64,000 bases of DNA from Betaproteobacteria bacterium (GTDB taxonomy: Bacteria; Pseudomonadota; Gammaproteobacteria; Burkholderiales; SG8-41): contig JAKFYK010000036.1 of NCBI GenBank assembly GCA_021730905.1, positions 227,734 to 291,733 on the forward strand. The letters are read 5' to 3'. The notes under the pieces are model-generated. The model worked only from the letters and a program-made list of their open reading frames with translations. It did no database searches and was not told the origin of the DNA. The translations under genes and the position numbers were made by a program. Positions 38,312 to 47,297 of the stretch are shown one piece after another. Each line of letters begins with the position of its first letter. Within the stretch, counting starts at the first letter, position 1.

Positions 38312-39088
38312 ATGACTGCTCCCGTAGTACTTGCCGAGCGCCCTGCCGACGGCGTGGGCCTGGTTCGCATCAACCGTCCGGATGCGCGCAACGCGCTCAA
38401 TCTCGAGGTGCGCAAGCTGCTGGCAAAACACCTTGTGGAAATGGGCGACGATCCGGCGATACGCTGCATCGTGCTCACCGGCAACGAAAAATCATTCGCC
38501 GCCGGTGCGGATATCAAGGAAATGGCCAATGCCGGCACCATCGAAATGCTGTTGCGCGGCACGCACAAATTGTGGCGCACAATCTACTCGTGCCCGAAAC
38601 CGGTGATCGCGGCGGTGAATGGATTCGCGCTGGGCGGCGGCTGCGAGCTTGCAATGACCTGCGACATCATCATCGCGGGCGAAGGAGCGCGCTTCGGTCA
38701 ACCGGAGGTAAAGATCGGCATCATCCCCGGCGGCGGCGGCACCCAGCGCCTGCCGCGCGCGGTCGGGAAATACAAGGCGATGCGTTATTTGCTGACGGGT
38801 GATTTGATCAGTGCCAAAGAAGCGCTCGACATGGGACTGGTGAGCGAAATCGTGCCGGATGCTGAAGTCGAAAAACGCGCTATCGCAATGGCGCAGCAAA
38901 TCGCGGAACTGCCGCCGCTCGCCATCGAACAGGTGAAGGAATGTGTGCTGCGCGGCATGGATGCCTCGCTCGACACCGGCCTCGCGCTGGAAACCAAGGC
39001 GATCCAAATGTTGTTTGCCTCGCTGGACCAGAAAGAAGGCATGGCGGCATTTATCGAGAAGCGCAAACCGAAATTCACGGGGAAATAG
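38312..39088 (+). CDS. Enoyl-CoA hydratase/isomerase (crotonase) family protein
   Basis: ...VLTGNEKSFAAGADIKEM..., AAVNGFALGGGCELAMTCD, ...FGQPEVKIGIIPGGGGTQRL. Confidence 0.9.
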   Translation: MTAPVVLAERPADGVGLVRINRPDARNALNLEVRKLLAKHLVEMGDDPAIRCIVLTGNEKSFAAGADIKEMANAGTIEMLLRGTHKLWRTIYSCPKPVIAAVNGFALGGGCELAMTCDIIIAGEGARFGQPEVKIGIIPGGGGTQRLPRAVGKYKAMRYLLTGDLISAKEALDMGLVSEIVPDAEVEKRAIAMAQQIAELPPLAIEQVKECVLRGMDASLDTGLALETKAIQMLFASLDQKEGMAAFIEKRKPKFTGK

Positions 39089-39089
39089 C

Positions 39090-39482
39090 ATGAGCAACGA
39101 GGTCACGCTGGGGCTGCTTAAAAAACTGGGCAAGGCATTCAATGCAGGCGATGTCGAAGCCGTACTCGAATGCGTCACCGATGATTTCGAGTGGATATTG
39201 GCGACGGGCCCCGATGCGCCGCATGGAAAAACGGTGCGCGGCCGCGACGCGGTTGCCGCCACGCTGGCCGAGCGAGCGCGCGATATTCCGGAATTGCGCT
39301 TTTCCGAGACGGAAGTCATGTATGCCGGAGACCGCGTAATCGGCACGTATCGCGCCACTGGCCGCTATGCCGATGGCCGGCCCATCGACGCAAGAGGCTG
39401 CGATGTCTACGTTATCCGCGACGGGAAAATAGCGCGCAAGGACAGCTACTGGAAGCAAATCAGTGGCGGCAATGCACGCTGA
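39090..39482 (+). CDS. SnoaL-like / NTF2-fold protein
   Basis: ORF 38943..39482 trimmed to ATG 39090 (2 nt after the crotonase stop). ...FNAGDVEAVLECVTDDFEW...VYVIRDGKIARKDSYWK. Confidence 0.7.
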   Translation: MSNEVTLGLLKKLGKAFNAGDVEAVLECVTDDFEWILATGPDAPHGKTVRGRDAVAATLAERARDIPELRFSETEVMYAGDRVIGTYRATGRYADGRPIDARGCDVYVIRDGKIARKDSYWKQISGGNAR

Positions 39483-39534
39483 ACGACAAACATCGGCGCA
39501 TTTGCTGCGCTAGCTTCGCGGCATCCGCCATTTC

Positions 39535-40422
39535 ATGTCAGCCGCAGACTCCCGCGCCCGCACGCTTGCCGTTGTCGCGTTGCTCGCCGGCGCCACGTGC
39601 ATCGGCACCTCGGCGCTGTTCGTCAAGGTGAGCGAAACCGGACCGATATCCACCGCGTTCTGGCGCGTGCTCTTGGCACTGCCATTCTTGTGGGCGTGGG
39701 CATGGATGGATCAACGCAAATTCACGACCGTGCAAGCCAGCCCACGCGGCTTGATGTTCGCTGCGGGATTTTTCTTCGCAGGCGATCTGGCGGTATGGCA
39801 CTGGTCGATTGTGCTGACCTCGGTCGCCAACGCGGTGCTGCTCGCCAATCTCGCGCCGATATTCGTCACGCTGGTGGTGTGGCTGCTATGGCGCAAGAAA
39901 CCAACGCTGATGTTTCTCGCCGGGCTCGCAGCAGCGCTGGCAGGTGTAATGCTGATGGTTGGCGGTGATTTCTCGCACACCGATGGTCGCGCGCTGCTGG
40001 GAGATGCGCTGGGCGTGGTGACCGCGATGTTTTACGCTGCGTATCAACTGACGGTGAAGCGGCTACGCGGCACGGTGAGCACGGCGCGCATCATGGCAAC
40101 GACCAGTGTGGTGACCGCGGCAATTTTGCTGCCGCTTGCGTGGCTGTCGGGCGAACTGTTTTTCCCGGTCTCCACGACGGGTTGGTTGAAAGTATTCGGC
40201 CTTGCGCTGATTTCACAAGTTGCCGGGCAAAGCCTGATCGCTTATGCGATGGCGCATTTACCGGCGACGCTGTCTTCGGTGGGGCTGCTTTTGCAGCCGG
40301 TGATGGCCGGCCTGTTTGCGTGGATACTATTGGGCGAGACGCTGGGCGCCGTTGCGATAGCCGGTGCTGTGCTGGTGCTGATCGGCATACGCATCGCTAC
40401 GCAGGCTGAAAGCAGGATTTAA
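39535..40422 (+). CDS. DMT superfamily (EamA-like) transporter
   Basis: Ten hydrophobic segments in two EamA-like halves. Confidence 0.85.
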   Translation: MSAADSRARTLAVVALLAGATCIGTSALFVKVSETGPISTAFWRVLLALPFLWAWAWMDQRKFTTVQASPRGLMFAAGFFFAGDLAVWHWSIVLTSVANAVLLANLAPIFVTLVVWLLWRKKPTLMFLAGLAAALAGVMLMVGGDFSHTDGRALLGDALGVVTAMFYAAYQLTVKRLRGTVSTARIMATTSVVTAAILLPLAWLSGELFFPVSTTGWLKVFGLALISQVAGQSLIAYAMAHLPATLSSVGLLLQPVMAGLFAWILLGETLGAVAIAGAVLVLIGIRIATQAESRI

Positions 40423-40430
40423 ATTTATCA

Positions 40431-40447
40431 ATAAAAACAAATATTTA
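40431..40447 (+). repeat. AT-rich box S6
   Basis: ATAAAAACAAATATTTA. Starts 9 nt after the EamA stop (40422) and ends 14 nt before GTG 40461. Confidence 0.7.
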
Positions 40448-40460
40448 TAAAGGATTCACC

Positions 40461-41630
40461 GTGAAAATCGTTCGCGTACACGCTATTCCCATGTCCGACC
40501 CGGTGCCGCCGGAGCGACGTCACCGCACGGATCTCGGCACCAAGGTGAAAAGCGATGCGACGCTGATCCTCGTCGAAACCGACAACGGTTTGACCGGCAT
40601 GGGCGCAGCACTCGGCACGCCGCCGATCGTCGCCGCCATCGTCGAACATGAACTGGCGCCGGAAGTGGTCGGCGAAGATCCGATGTTCTCCGAGCGCATA
40701 TTTGAAAAAATGTACAACGGTTCGCGCGCCAAACCCGCGCTGGAGCGCGGCGTGCCGCAGGCCGAAACCAGCCGCCGCAACGGCATGGTGATGGAAGCGA
40801 TTTCCGGCGTGGACATCGCGATTTGGGATGTGAAGGCAAAAGCGCTGGGCATACCGGTGTATCAGGCGCTGGGCGCGGTGCGAAGTTCGGTGCGCGCGTA
40901 TGGCAGTGGCGGCTGGGCGCCGGGCAACGAGGCCGAAGCGGAGTTGGGCGGTTATGCAGCAAAGGGTTTTACCGCGGTGAAAATGCGCGTGGTGGGCCGT
41001 GACGGATTTTCCATCGAGAACTGCGTGCGCAGAGTCGAAGCCGCGCGACGCGGCATCGGCCCCAATGTCGAACTCATGGTTGACGCGCACGCCTCGCTGG
41101 AAACGCCAGTGGCGATACGCCTCGCCAAGGCGCTGGAACCGTACAACATCGCGTGGTTCGAAGAGCCGGTGTCGCCCGACAATCACGCCGGCATGGCGGA
41201 AGTGCGCGCCTCGACACGCATCCCCATCGCGTCGGGCGAGCGCGAGTTTTCGCGTTACGGTTTTCGCAGCATGATTGAGCACAAGGCCATCGACATCGCG
41301 CAGCCCGACGTGGCGCGTGCCGGCGGCCTTACCGAAATCCGCCGCATCGCTGCGCTCACAGCCGCATATGACCTGCGTCTTGCGCCACATGCGTGGGGCG
41401 CCGGCGTGCTGTTCGCCGCCAGCATTCATGTAGCAATGGCCGCCGCAAATTGCCACATCCTTGAAGTCAGCCAAGGCTACATGCCGATGATGAACGAGCT
41501 GTTCAACGAGCCGTACGACATCCGCGACGGTTATGTGCATGCGCCGGAGCGGCCGGGGCTGGGCTTTACCCTGCGCAAGGATGCACTCGAACGATTCAAA
41601 TATGTGGACGGGCCGGAGTATGCATTTTAG
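40461..41630 (+). CDS. Enolase superfamily enzyme (mandelate racemase/muconate lactonizing enzyme family)
   Basis: GTG start after AAGGA. ...AISGVDIAIWDVKAKALG..., ...VDAHAS..., WFEEP, ...ASGEREF.... Confidence 0.85.
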   Translation: MKIVRVHAIPMSDPVPPERRHRTDLGTKVKSDATLILVETDNGLTGMGAALGTPPIVAAIVEHELAPEVVGEDPMFSERIFEKMYNGSRAKPALERGVPQAETSRRNGMVMEAISGVDIAIWDVKAKALGIPVYQALGAVRSSVRAYGSGGWAPGNEAEAELGGYAAKGFTAVKMRVVGRDGFSIENCVRRVEAARRGIGPNVELMVDAHASLETPVAIRLAKALEPYNIAWFEEPVSPDNHAGMAEVRASTRIPIASGEREFSRYGFRSMIEHKAIDIAQPDVARAGGLTEIRRIAALTAAYDLRLAPHAWGAGVLFAASIHVAMAAANCHILEVSQGYMPMMNELFNEPYDIRDGYVHAPERPGLGFTLRKDALERFKYVDGPEYAF

Positions 41631-41686
41631 CGCTTCGCCGGTTTGATGTTAAATTTCATCCTCTTCACCCATACACGGAGAACGCC

Positions 41687-42421
41687 ATGATCGAACTGCA
41701 CTCGTCCCCCACCCCCAACGGCCAGAAAGTCATGATCATGCTTGAGGAGCTGGGCATCGAATGGAAGCACATCGACGTCAACATCCGGCTCGGCGAGCAA
41801 TTCACGCCGCAGTACCTGAAGCTCTCCCCCAACAACCGCATCCCGACCATCGTCGATAGCGACGGCCCCGGCGGCGGACGCTACACCATGATGGAATCGG
41901 GTGCGATCCTGTTTTATCTCGCCGAGAAAAGCGGAAAATTTCTGCCGAAGGATGCGCGCAAGCGTTACGACGTGATGCAATGGCTGATATTCCAGATGGC
42001 GCACGTCGGCCCGATGTTCGGCCAGGCCAATCACTTCAACAACTACGTCAAGGAAAATACCAACGCGCCGCAGCAGTACGCGCAGGACCGCTACAACAAT
42101 GAATCGATCCGCCTTTACCGCGTGCTCGACAACCGCGCGCGCGAAAGCACGTGGATGGGCTGCGATGAATACACCATCGCCGACATGGCGATCTACCCGT
42201 GGACCAAGATGCACAAGGACCGCGGCATCACCGAGGCCGAGTATCCGAATTTCATGCGCTGGTACAAGGCGATGGAAGCGCGGCCCGCCGTTCAACGCAA
42301 CAACAAGATGGCCGCGGAAATCCGCGAACGCATGACCAAGGCGATGGAAGGCAAAAAAGCCATCAGCCTTTACGACACCAAGGACAACGCCGCGCGGCTG
42401 GCAGGCGCGACCAAAGCCTGA
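41687..42421 (+). CDS. Glutathione S-transferase (Nu-class, YfcG-like)
   Basis: MIELHSSPTPNGQKV...LSPNNRIPTIVD...ESGAILFYLAEKSG resembles YfcG. Confidence 0.85.
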   Translation: MIELHSSPTPNGQKVMIMLEELGIEWKHIDVNIRLGEQFTPQYLKLSPNNRIPTIVDSDGPGGGRYTMMESGAILFYLAEKSGKFLPKDARKRYDVMQWLIFQMAHVGPMFGQANHFNNYVKENTNAPQQYAQDRYNNESIRLYRVLDNRARESTWMGCDEYTIADMAIYPWTKMHKDRGITEAEYPNFMRWYKAMEARPAVQRNNKMAAEIRERMTKAMEGKKAISLYDTKDNAARLAGATKA

Positions 42422-42436
42422 CGCACGGAGGTCACC

Positions 42437-42850
42437 ATGCACATCGACGGCGCTTGTCATTGCGGCAATATCAGCTACGAAGCGGAGATCGACCCCGGCG
42501 CGGTGAGCATCTGCCATTGCGCCGATTGCCAGACGCTCACCGGCACGGCGTACCGCGTCAACGTGCGCGTGAAGAAGCAGGATTTCAAGCTGCGCGGCGG
42601 CGCACCGAAGATTTACGTAAAAACCGCCGAGAGCGGCAACAAACGTGCGCACGCATTCTGCCCCGAGTGCGGCACACCGATGTATTCGAGTTCGGTAGAT
42701 GCTGACCCGCAGGAATATGGCCTGCGCGTGGGCACCGCGCGGCAGCGCGCACAGTTGCCTCCGAAGAAACAGGGCTGGTGCCGCTCGGCGATGCCGTGGT
42801 CGGCGAACATCGAAGCGCTGCCCAAAACCATGACGCAGTTGCAGCGATGA
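42437..42850 (+). CDS. GFA (glutathione-dependent formaldehyde-activating / CENP-V) family protein
   Basis: GACHCGNISYE...ICHCADCQ...FCPECG. Zinc-cysteine pattern. Confidence 0.8.
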   Translation: MHIDGACHCGNISYEAEIDPGAVSICHCADCQTLTGTAYRVNVRVKKQDFKLRGGAPKIYVKTAESGNKRAHAFCPECGTPMYSSSVDADPQEYGLRVGTARQRAQLPPKKQGWCRSAMPWSANIEALPKTMTQLQR

Positions 42851-43539
42851 CAAAAGACATTGCTTTGATCGTCGGCGCCGGCAGCGGCCTCTCTGCTTCC
42901 ATCGCGCACGCGTTCACGCTCGAAGGCCTGAACTGCGTGCTCGCCGCACGCCGCACTGACAAACTGAAATCATTGTGCGACGAAATCAATGCCACCGCCA
43001 TCGCCTGCGACAGCGCACAGCCCGATCAGGTCAGCGCGCTATTCGCGCAACTCGATACGCTGTGCGATGCACCGGCGGTGGTGGTGTACAACGCCAGCGC
43101 CCGCGTGCGCGGCCCGCTGGTCGAACTGGACGCCAAGGCGGTGACAGACGCGATCAACGTGACCGCCTTGGGCGGTTTTCACGTCGCGCAGGCCGCCACC
43201 AAACGCATGCTGAAAAAAGGCGCCGGCACCATCATCTTCACCGGTGCATCGGCGAGTGTGAAAGGCTACGCGCAGTCGGCGACGTTTGCGATGGGGAAAT
43301 TCGCGCTGCGCGGGCTGGCGCAAAGCATGGCGCGCGAACTCGCGCCGCAAAATATCCATGTCGCGCACGTCGTGATTGACGGCGGTATCAGTTCGGCGCA
43401 ACGTCCAGTGCCAACGGATAAACCGGACAGCCTGCTCGATCCGGATGCCATCGCGCAGAGCTATGTGCACCTGCTCAAGCAACAGCGCAGCGCATGGACC
43501 TGGGAGATCGAAGTCAGGCCGTGGGTGGAGCGGTTCTAA
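42847..43539 (+). CDS. SDR family oxidoreductase
   Basis: ORF 42778..43539 trimmed to ATG 42847 (ATGA overlap with the GFA stop). ALIVGAGSGLSASIA. Confidence 0.85.
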   Translation: MTKDIALIVGAGSGLSASIAHAFTLEGLNCVLAARRTDKLKSLCDEINATAIACDSAQPDQVSALFAQLDTLCDAPAVVVYNASARVRGPLVELDAKAVTDAINVTALGGFHVAQAATKRMLKKGAGTIIFTGASASVKGYAQSATFAMGKFALRGLAQSMARELAPQNIHVAHVVIDGGISSAQRPVPTDKPDSLLDPDAIAQSYVHLLKQQRSAWTWEIEVRPWVERF

Positions 43540-43594
43540 GCGCGTAGCTCGCGCGCGCAAAGGGCACCATACTGCCTTACCAAGGGGGATAGCC

Positions 43595-44341
43595 ATGCCG
43601 TTCTACGAAAAGGGAAACGTCCGCATCCGCTACGAAGAGGCCGGCTCCGGCTTTCCTTTGTTCATCATTTACGGCGGAGGACTCAACTCAGGCGTGAACT
43701 ATCCCAAAGCACCATTCGACGCGATGGCGGAGTTCAAATCGGAATACCGCTGCATCGCGATGGACCTGCGCAACGCCAACGGCGGGCAATCCACCGGCCC
43801 GCTGGATTTCGATTCGCCGTGGGACGCGCACACCGGCGACCAGCTCGGTGTGCTCGATCACCTGGGCGTCGACAAATTCATGGTGATGGGGTTTTGCATC
43901 GGCAATCCGCTGATCTGGAACATGCAGAGACGCGCGCCCGGACGCATCGTCGCATCAGTGCATGCGCAGCCCAGCGGCGTCGATCCCAATTACCCGGACT
44001 ACTTCATCAAGAACAATTTGAAAATCTGGGCGCCGGGCCTCGTCGCCAGCCGGCCGGACATCAACATGGAGATGGTCAACCGATTCCTCAACAAGATGTA
44101 CGGCGGCGTCGATTTCGTGCTCACCGTGCCGCGCGCTTTCGTCAGCGCCTGCCAGACGCCCATACTCGTGCTGCCGGACAACGTGCCGTCACACCCGTAC
44201 GCCACGGCAATGGAAATGGCGCATCTCGCGCCGAATTCGCAAGTGAGCCTGTTTCCGTGGAAGGACAAGCCGGAGAATGTGAAGCTGGCGGTGCGGCACA
44301 TACGCACGTTTCTTAAGGCGAATCGACCGGATGCAGTTTGA
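43595..44341 (+). CDS. Alpha/beta-hydrolase fold protein with Cys in the nucleophile elbow (paralog 2)
   Basis: ORF 43376..44341 trimmed to ATG 43595. MPFYEKGNVRIRYEEAGSGFPLFIIYGGG. Elbow VMGFCIGNP. ...LVLPDNVPSHP. Confidence 0.8.
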   Translation: MPFYEKGNVRIRYEEAGSGFPLFIIYGGGLNSGVNYPKAPFDAMAEFKSEYRCIAMDLRNANGGQSTGPLDFDSPWDAHTGDQLGVLDHLGVDKFMVMGFCIGNPLIWNMQRRAPGRIVASVHAQPSGVDPNYPDYFIKNNLKIWAPGLVASRPDINMEMVNRFLNKMYGGVDFVLTVPRAFVSACQTPILVLPDNVPSHPYATAMEMAHLAPNSQVSLFPWKDKPENVKLAVRHIRTFLKANRPDAV

Positions 44342-44704
44342 GCGAAGCGCCGATTGATTATTACTCACGCGAAGATTTAACAGAGCGAGGTTTTTTGGTA
44401 CCGCTTTTGTAGTCCAAGAAATCAAAATTTGACAAGCCTTATCGACTACTCTTTTTAGTATGCACCGCTTTCCAAAAAGGATATTTAAACAAATTCCAAG
44501 CAAGTGAAATATTGAGCCGGGGTTACTCCAAGCATTAGGGCCTTTCCGATATGTGTAGACGCTAGACGTTTCTAAACCTTTTTCGGCGCGTTTAATTAAT
44601 TCTTCAAGAAAAGCGTCTCGATTGTCCTCATTGTTTGGAGTTTGTATCATCGAACGTAACCATCTATTGTGAGCAAAACTCGAAGAACTTGATTTTTCTG
44701 TAAA

Positions 44705-45007
44705 TTACGCTTCGACCAGTTCCGTATGCAACTTCAATCCCAGTGCCTTACAAACTTTCATCACCATCGCAAAACTCGGATTTCCCTCCGGTGACAATGC
44801 CTTGTAAAGCCCCTCGCGCGTAAGTCCAGTTTCGCGTGCGAGATGCAACATGCCGCGCGCGCGGGCGATATCGGCGAGCGCTGCGACTACCTGTGTCGGT
44901 TCACCGTCAGACTCGTCGATCACCGCTTGCAGATAGAGCGCGCAATCCTGTTTCGTTTGCAGGTAAGCGACCGCGTCGTACGAACGTGTAGTCAGTTTTT
45001 TAGCCAT
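44705..45007 (-). CDS. Addiction-module antidote protein (HigA-like HTH antitoxin), no cognate toxin gene upstream
   Basis: ...YLQAVIDESDGEPTQVVAALADIARARGMLHLARETGLTREGLYKALSPEGNPSFAMVMKVCKALGLKLH matches the antidote family pattern as I recall it. Confidence 0.8.
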   Translation of the reverse strand: MAKKLTTRSYDAVAYLQTKQDCALYLQAVIDESDGEPTQVVAALADIARARGMLHLARETGLTREGLYKALSPEGNPSFAMVMKVCKALGLKLHTELVEA

Positions 45008-45019
45008 GACTCACTCCAG

Positions 45020-45050
45020 CAACCGCACGTTAACCGGTGGTTTGCGGTTG
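45020..45050 (-). promoter_or_regulatory. Operator-like inverted repeat upstream of the antitoxin gene
   Basis: CAACCGCA-N15-TGCGGTTG, with an inner ACCGGT palindrome. Lies 13 nt upstream of ATG 45007. Confidence 0.3.
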
Positions 45051-45096
45051 TCAATGTTGGTTGTGCAAGCCCCACTTCAGCATATAAAAATATGTA

Positions 45097-45113
45097 ATAA
45101 AAACAAATACTTA
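45097..45113 (+). repeat. AT-rich box S7
   Basis: ATAAAAACAAATACTTA at the right edge of the low-GC islet, between the antitoxin start (45007) and hydrolase paralog 3. Confidence 0.7.
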
Positions 45114-45281
45114 CAAACATCATGGTTCACGGTCACGTAAATCTCATGTCGCGGCCTAGATACGCAGCCAACTTGACTCCGCATCTACGTAAGTAGAATC
45201 TTCTTACCCTTGCAGGTCCGGCTCCGGCAAGCCGCGCAGATGATGCCGCCGGTCCTCGCGTCCAACAAAAGAGAGCCCACG

Positions 45282-46139
45282 ATGGATACCACCAGACGCA
45301 CTTTGCTGACCACCGGCGCCGCAGCAATTGCCGCCGCCGCCGCACCGCAGGCTTTTGCGCAACAAACCGCAAAAGGAGATACCGCAATGCAGTTTTACCA
45401 GAGGGGGAATGTTCGCATCCGCTATCAGGAGATTGGTTCGGGTTTTCCGGTATTGATCATTCCCGGCGGCGGGCAGAACTCCACCATCGCATGGGGCTCG
45501 AACAATGCGCCGTTTAATTCCACCGAGGAATTCAAAAACGAATACCGCTGCATCACTGCTGATTTGCGCAACGCGCACAGCGGAGAATCCTTCGGCCCGC
45601 TGGAAATCGACCGGCCTTGGGATTCGTACACCGACGATCACCTCGGCCTGATGGATCACCTCGGGGCCAAGCGTTTCATGGTGATCGGCTACTGCATCGG
45701 CGGCCCGTTCATCGCCAACCTGATCAAGCGCGCGCCGGAGCGCGTGGTTGCGGCGGTGATCGCGCAACCCGTCGGCTTCAACAAGAAAACACCGTACATG
45801 TACGACGCCAGCATGAAAAACTGGGCACCCGGGCTGCTCAAGCGCAGGCCCGACCTGACGATGGACATGATCGACAAGTTCCTCACGCGCATGTACCTCA
45901 CCGACGCCGACTTTCTATTCACGGTAACACGCGATTTCATGCGCGCATGCCAGACGCCCGTGCTGGTGCTGCCGGACGATACACCGGCGCATCCGTACGA
46001 CGTCTCGATCGACTGCGCCATGCTCGCGCCCAGGGCTGAGATGACTTTTTATCCGTGGAAAGACACCAAGGACAAGATTCCACTCGCGGTGCGCCACGTG
46101 CGCTCGTTCATGCGCGCACATCGGCCGGCAACGGCTTGA
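45282..46139 (+). CDS. Alpha/beta-hydrolase fold protein with Cys in the nucleophile elbow (paralog 3, Tat signal)
   Basis: ORF 45210..46139 trimmed to ATG 45282. MDTTRRTLLTTGAAAIAAAAAPQAFA (twin-Arg). Then MQFYQRGNVRIRYQEIGSGFPVLIIPGGG aligns to residue 1 of paralogs 1 and 2. Elbow VIGYCIGGP. Confidence 0.8.
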   Translation: MDTTRRTLLTTGAAAIAAAAAPQAFAQQTAKGDTAMQFYQRGNVRIRYQEIGSGFPVLIIPGGGQNSTIAWGSNNAPFNSTEEFKNEYRCITADLRNAHSGESFGPLEIDRPWDSYTDDHLGLMDHLGAKRFMVIGYCIGGPFIANLIKRAPERVVAAVIAQPVGFNKKTPYMYDASMKNWAPGLLKRRPDLTMDMIDKFLTRMYLTDADFLFTVTRDFMRACQTPVLVLPDDTPAHPYDVSIDCAMLAPRAEMTFYPWKDTKDKIPLAVRHVRSFMRAHRPATA

Positions 46140-46169
46140 TTGTCGTCGAACGAAATTGAAGGAGCGATC

Positions 46170-47132
46170 ATGACTGTCGGTGTACTGGCTCTCGTGGGAC
46201 TCAGCCCCGAACGCCTGGCTGCCCTTACTGCTGCCGGCTACGCCGTTCGCGAGGGGAAGCCGTATCCAAACCGGATAGACGCCATTCGCGAAGCAGGCGA
46301 GACCGTCAGGGCCGTTCTGACCAACGGCCGTGGCGGTTTGAGCGGCGAAGAGATGACATTGCTGCCGAAACTCGAAATCGTCTGCGCTGTCGGCGCGGGC
46401 TATGAAGCTGTTGACCTTGACACGGCGCGCAGCCGAAGCATCGCAGTCGCCAACTGTCCCGACACGAACGCATCTGCCGTTGCCGACTCCGCCATGATGC
46501 TGTTGATGGCGGCCACCCGCCATCTGCGCGCAGCCGATCGTCACGTACACGCCGGCGGATGGCAGGACCAATGGGCGGTCGCCACGCCGACCATTTCCGG
46601 CAAGCGTCTGGGGATTCTCGGCATGGGGACCATCGGCAGCAAGATTGCACACCGCGGCGTGCGCGGCTTCGACATGGAGGTCAGTTATCACAACCGCAAG
46701 GCCGTCGCCGGAACTTCCTATCGATATTTCGAGAACCTGATCGAACTGGCGACGTGGGCCGATTTCCTGGTGTGCGCTGCGCCAGGTGGCGCGGGGACGC
46801 GACACCTCGTCAACGCGGACGTACTCACCGCGCTCGGACCGAAAGGTTATCTCGTCAACGTCGGACGCGGTACGGTGGTGGACACGGCGGCACTGATCGA
46901 CGCTCTGCGAACAAAGCGCATAGCGGGGGCAGGCCTGGATGTCGTCGAGGGCGAACCGGCCGTACCGCCGATCCTTCCGGAACTTCTGCAATTCGACAAC
47001 GTGGTGATCACGCCGCACTGCGCGGGACGCGCGCCGGAAGCGCGCACCGCAGCGACGGCGTTGATACTCGCCAATTTGAACGCGTATTTTTCCGGGAAGC
47101 CGCTACCGTCGCCGGTTTCATTCAAAGTCTGA
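46170..47132 (+). CDS. D-isomer-specific 2-hydroxyacid dehydrogenase (glyoxylate/hydroxypyruvate reductase-like)
   Basis: ORF 46140..47132 trimmed to ATG 46170 (GAAGGAG RBS). GILGMGTIGSKIA, NVGRGTVVD, ITPHCAG. Confidence 0.85.
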   Translation: MTVGVLALVGLSPERLAALTAAGYAVREGKPYPNRIDAIREAGETVRAVLTNGRGGLSGEEMTLLPKLEIVCAVGAGYEAVDLDTARSRSIAVANCPDTNASAVADSAMMLLMAATRHLRAADRHVHAGGWQDQWAVATPTISGKRLGILGMGTIGSKIAHRGVRGFDMEVSYHNRKAVAGTSYRYFENLIELATWADFLVCAAPGGAGTRHLVNADVLTALGPKGYLVNVGRGTVVDTAALIDALRTKRIAGAGLDVVEGEPAVPPILPELLQFDNVVITPHCAGRAPEARTAATALILANLNAYFSGKPLPSPVSFKV

Positions 47133-47297
47133 GGTCGCATCCAGGTTTCATTGCCGGTATCGCTGGTAGCCTGATCCGTAATTTGGGCTTGTCGTTTCGA
47201 CCTGTCATGCTCATGCGCCATGCTGTCCGGCGTTGGTGAGAGCAGTGGCAGGCAAGATTGCCAACACGTATGCTGCAACAGACTTACAGGAGGAGGC

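Noticed and set aside
44189-44650. A 153-aa minus-strand ORF in the low-GC islet.
   Set aside because: Its last ~50 codons overlap the 3' end of hydrolase paralog 2 on the other strand, and no domain is recognisable. It is probably a decayed gene, so I mention it only under the islet finding.
45064-45079. The minus-strand string TGAAGTGGGGCTTGCA downstream of box S7, upstream of the antitoxin gene.
   Set aside because: The -24 element has GA instead of the critical GG, and the offset from the box differs (35 vs 31 nt). At best it is a degenerate relic of the cassette.
47246-47261. TGGCAGGCAAGATTGC, 37 nt upstream of the kinase start; would suggest sigma-54 autoregulation.
   Set aside because: The spacing is GG-N11-GC rather than the essentially invariant N10. 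No UAS dyads or AT box lie upstream. Not reported as a promoter.
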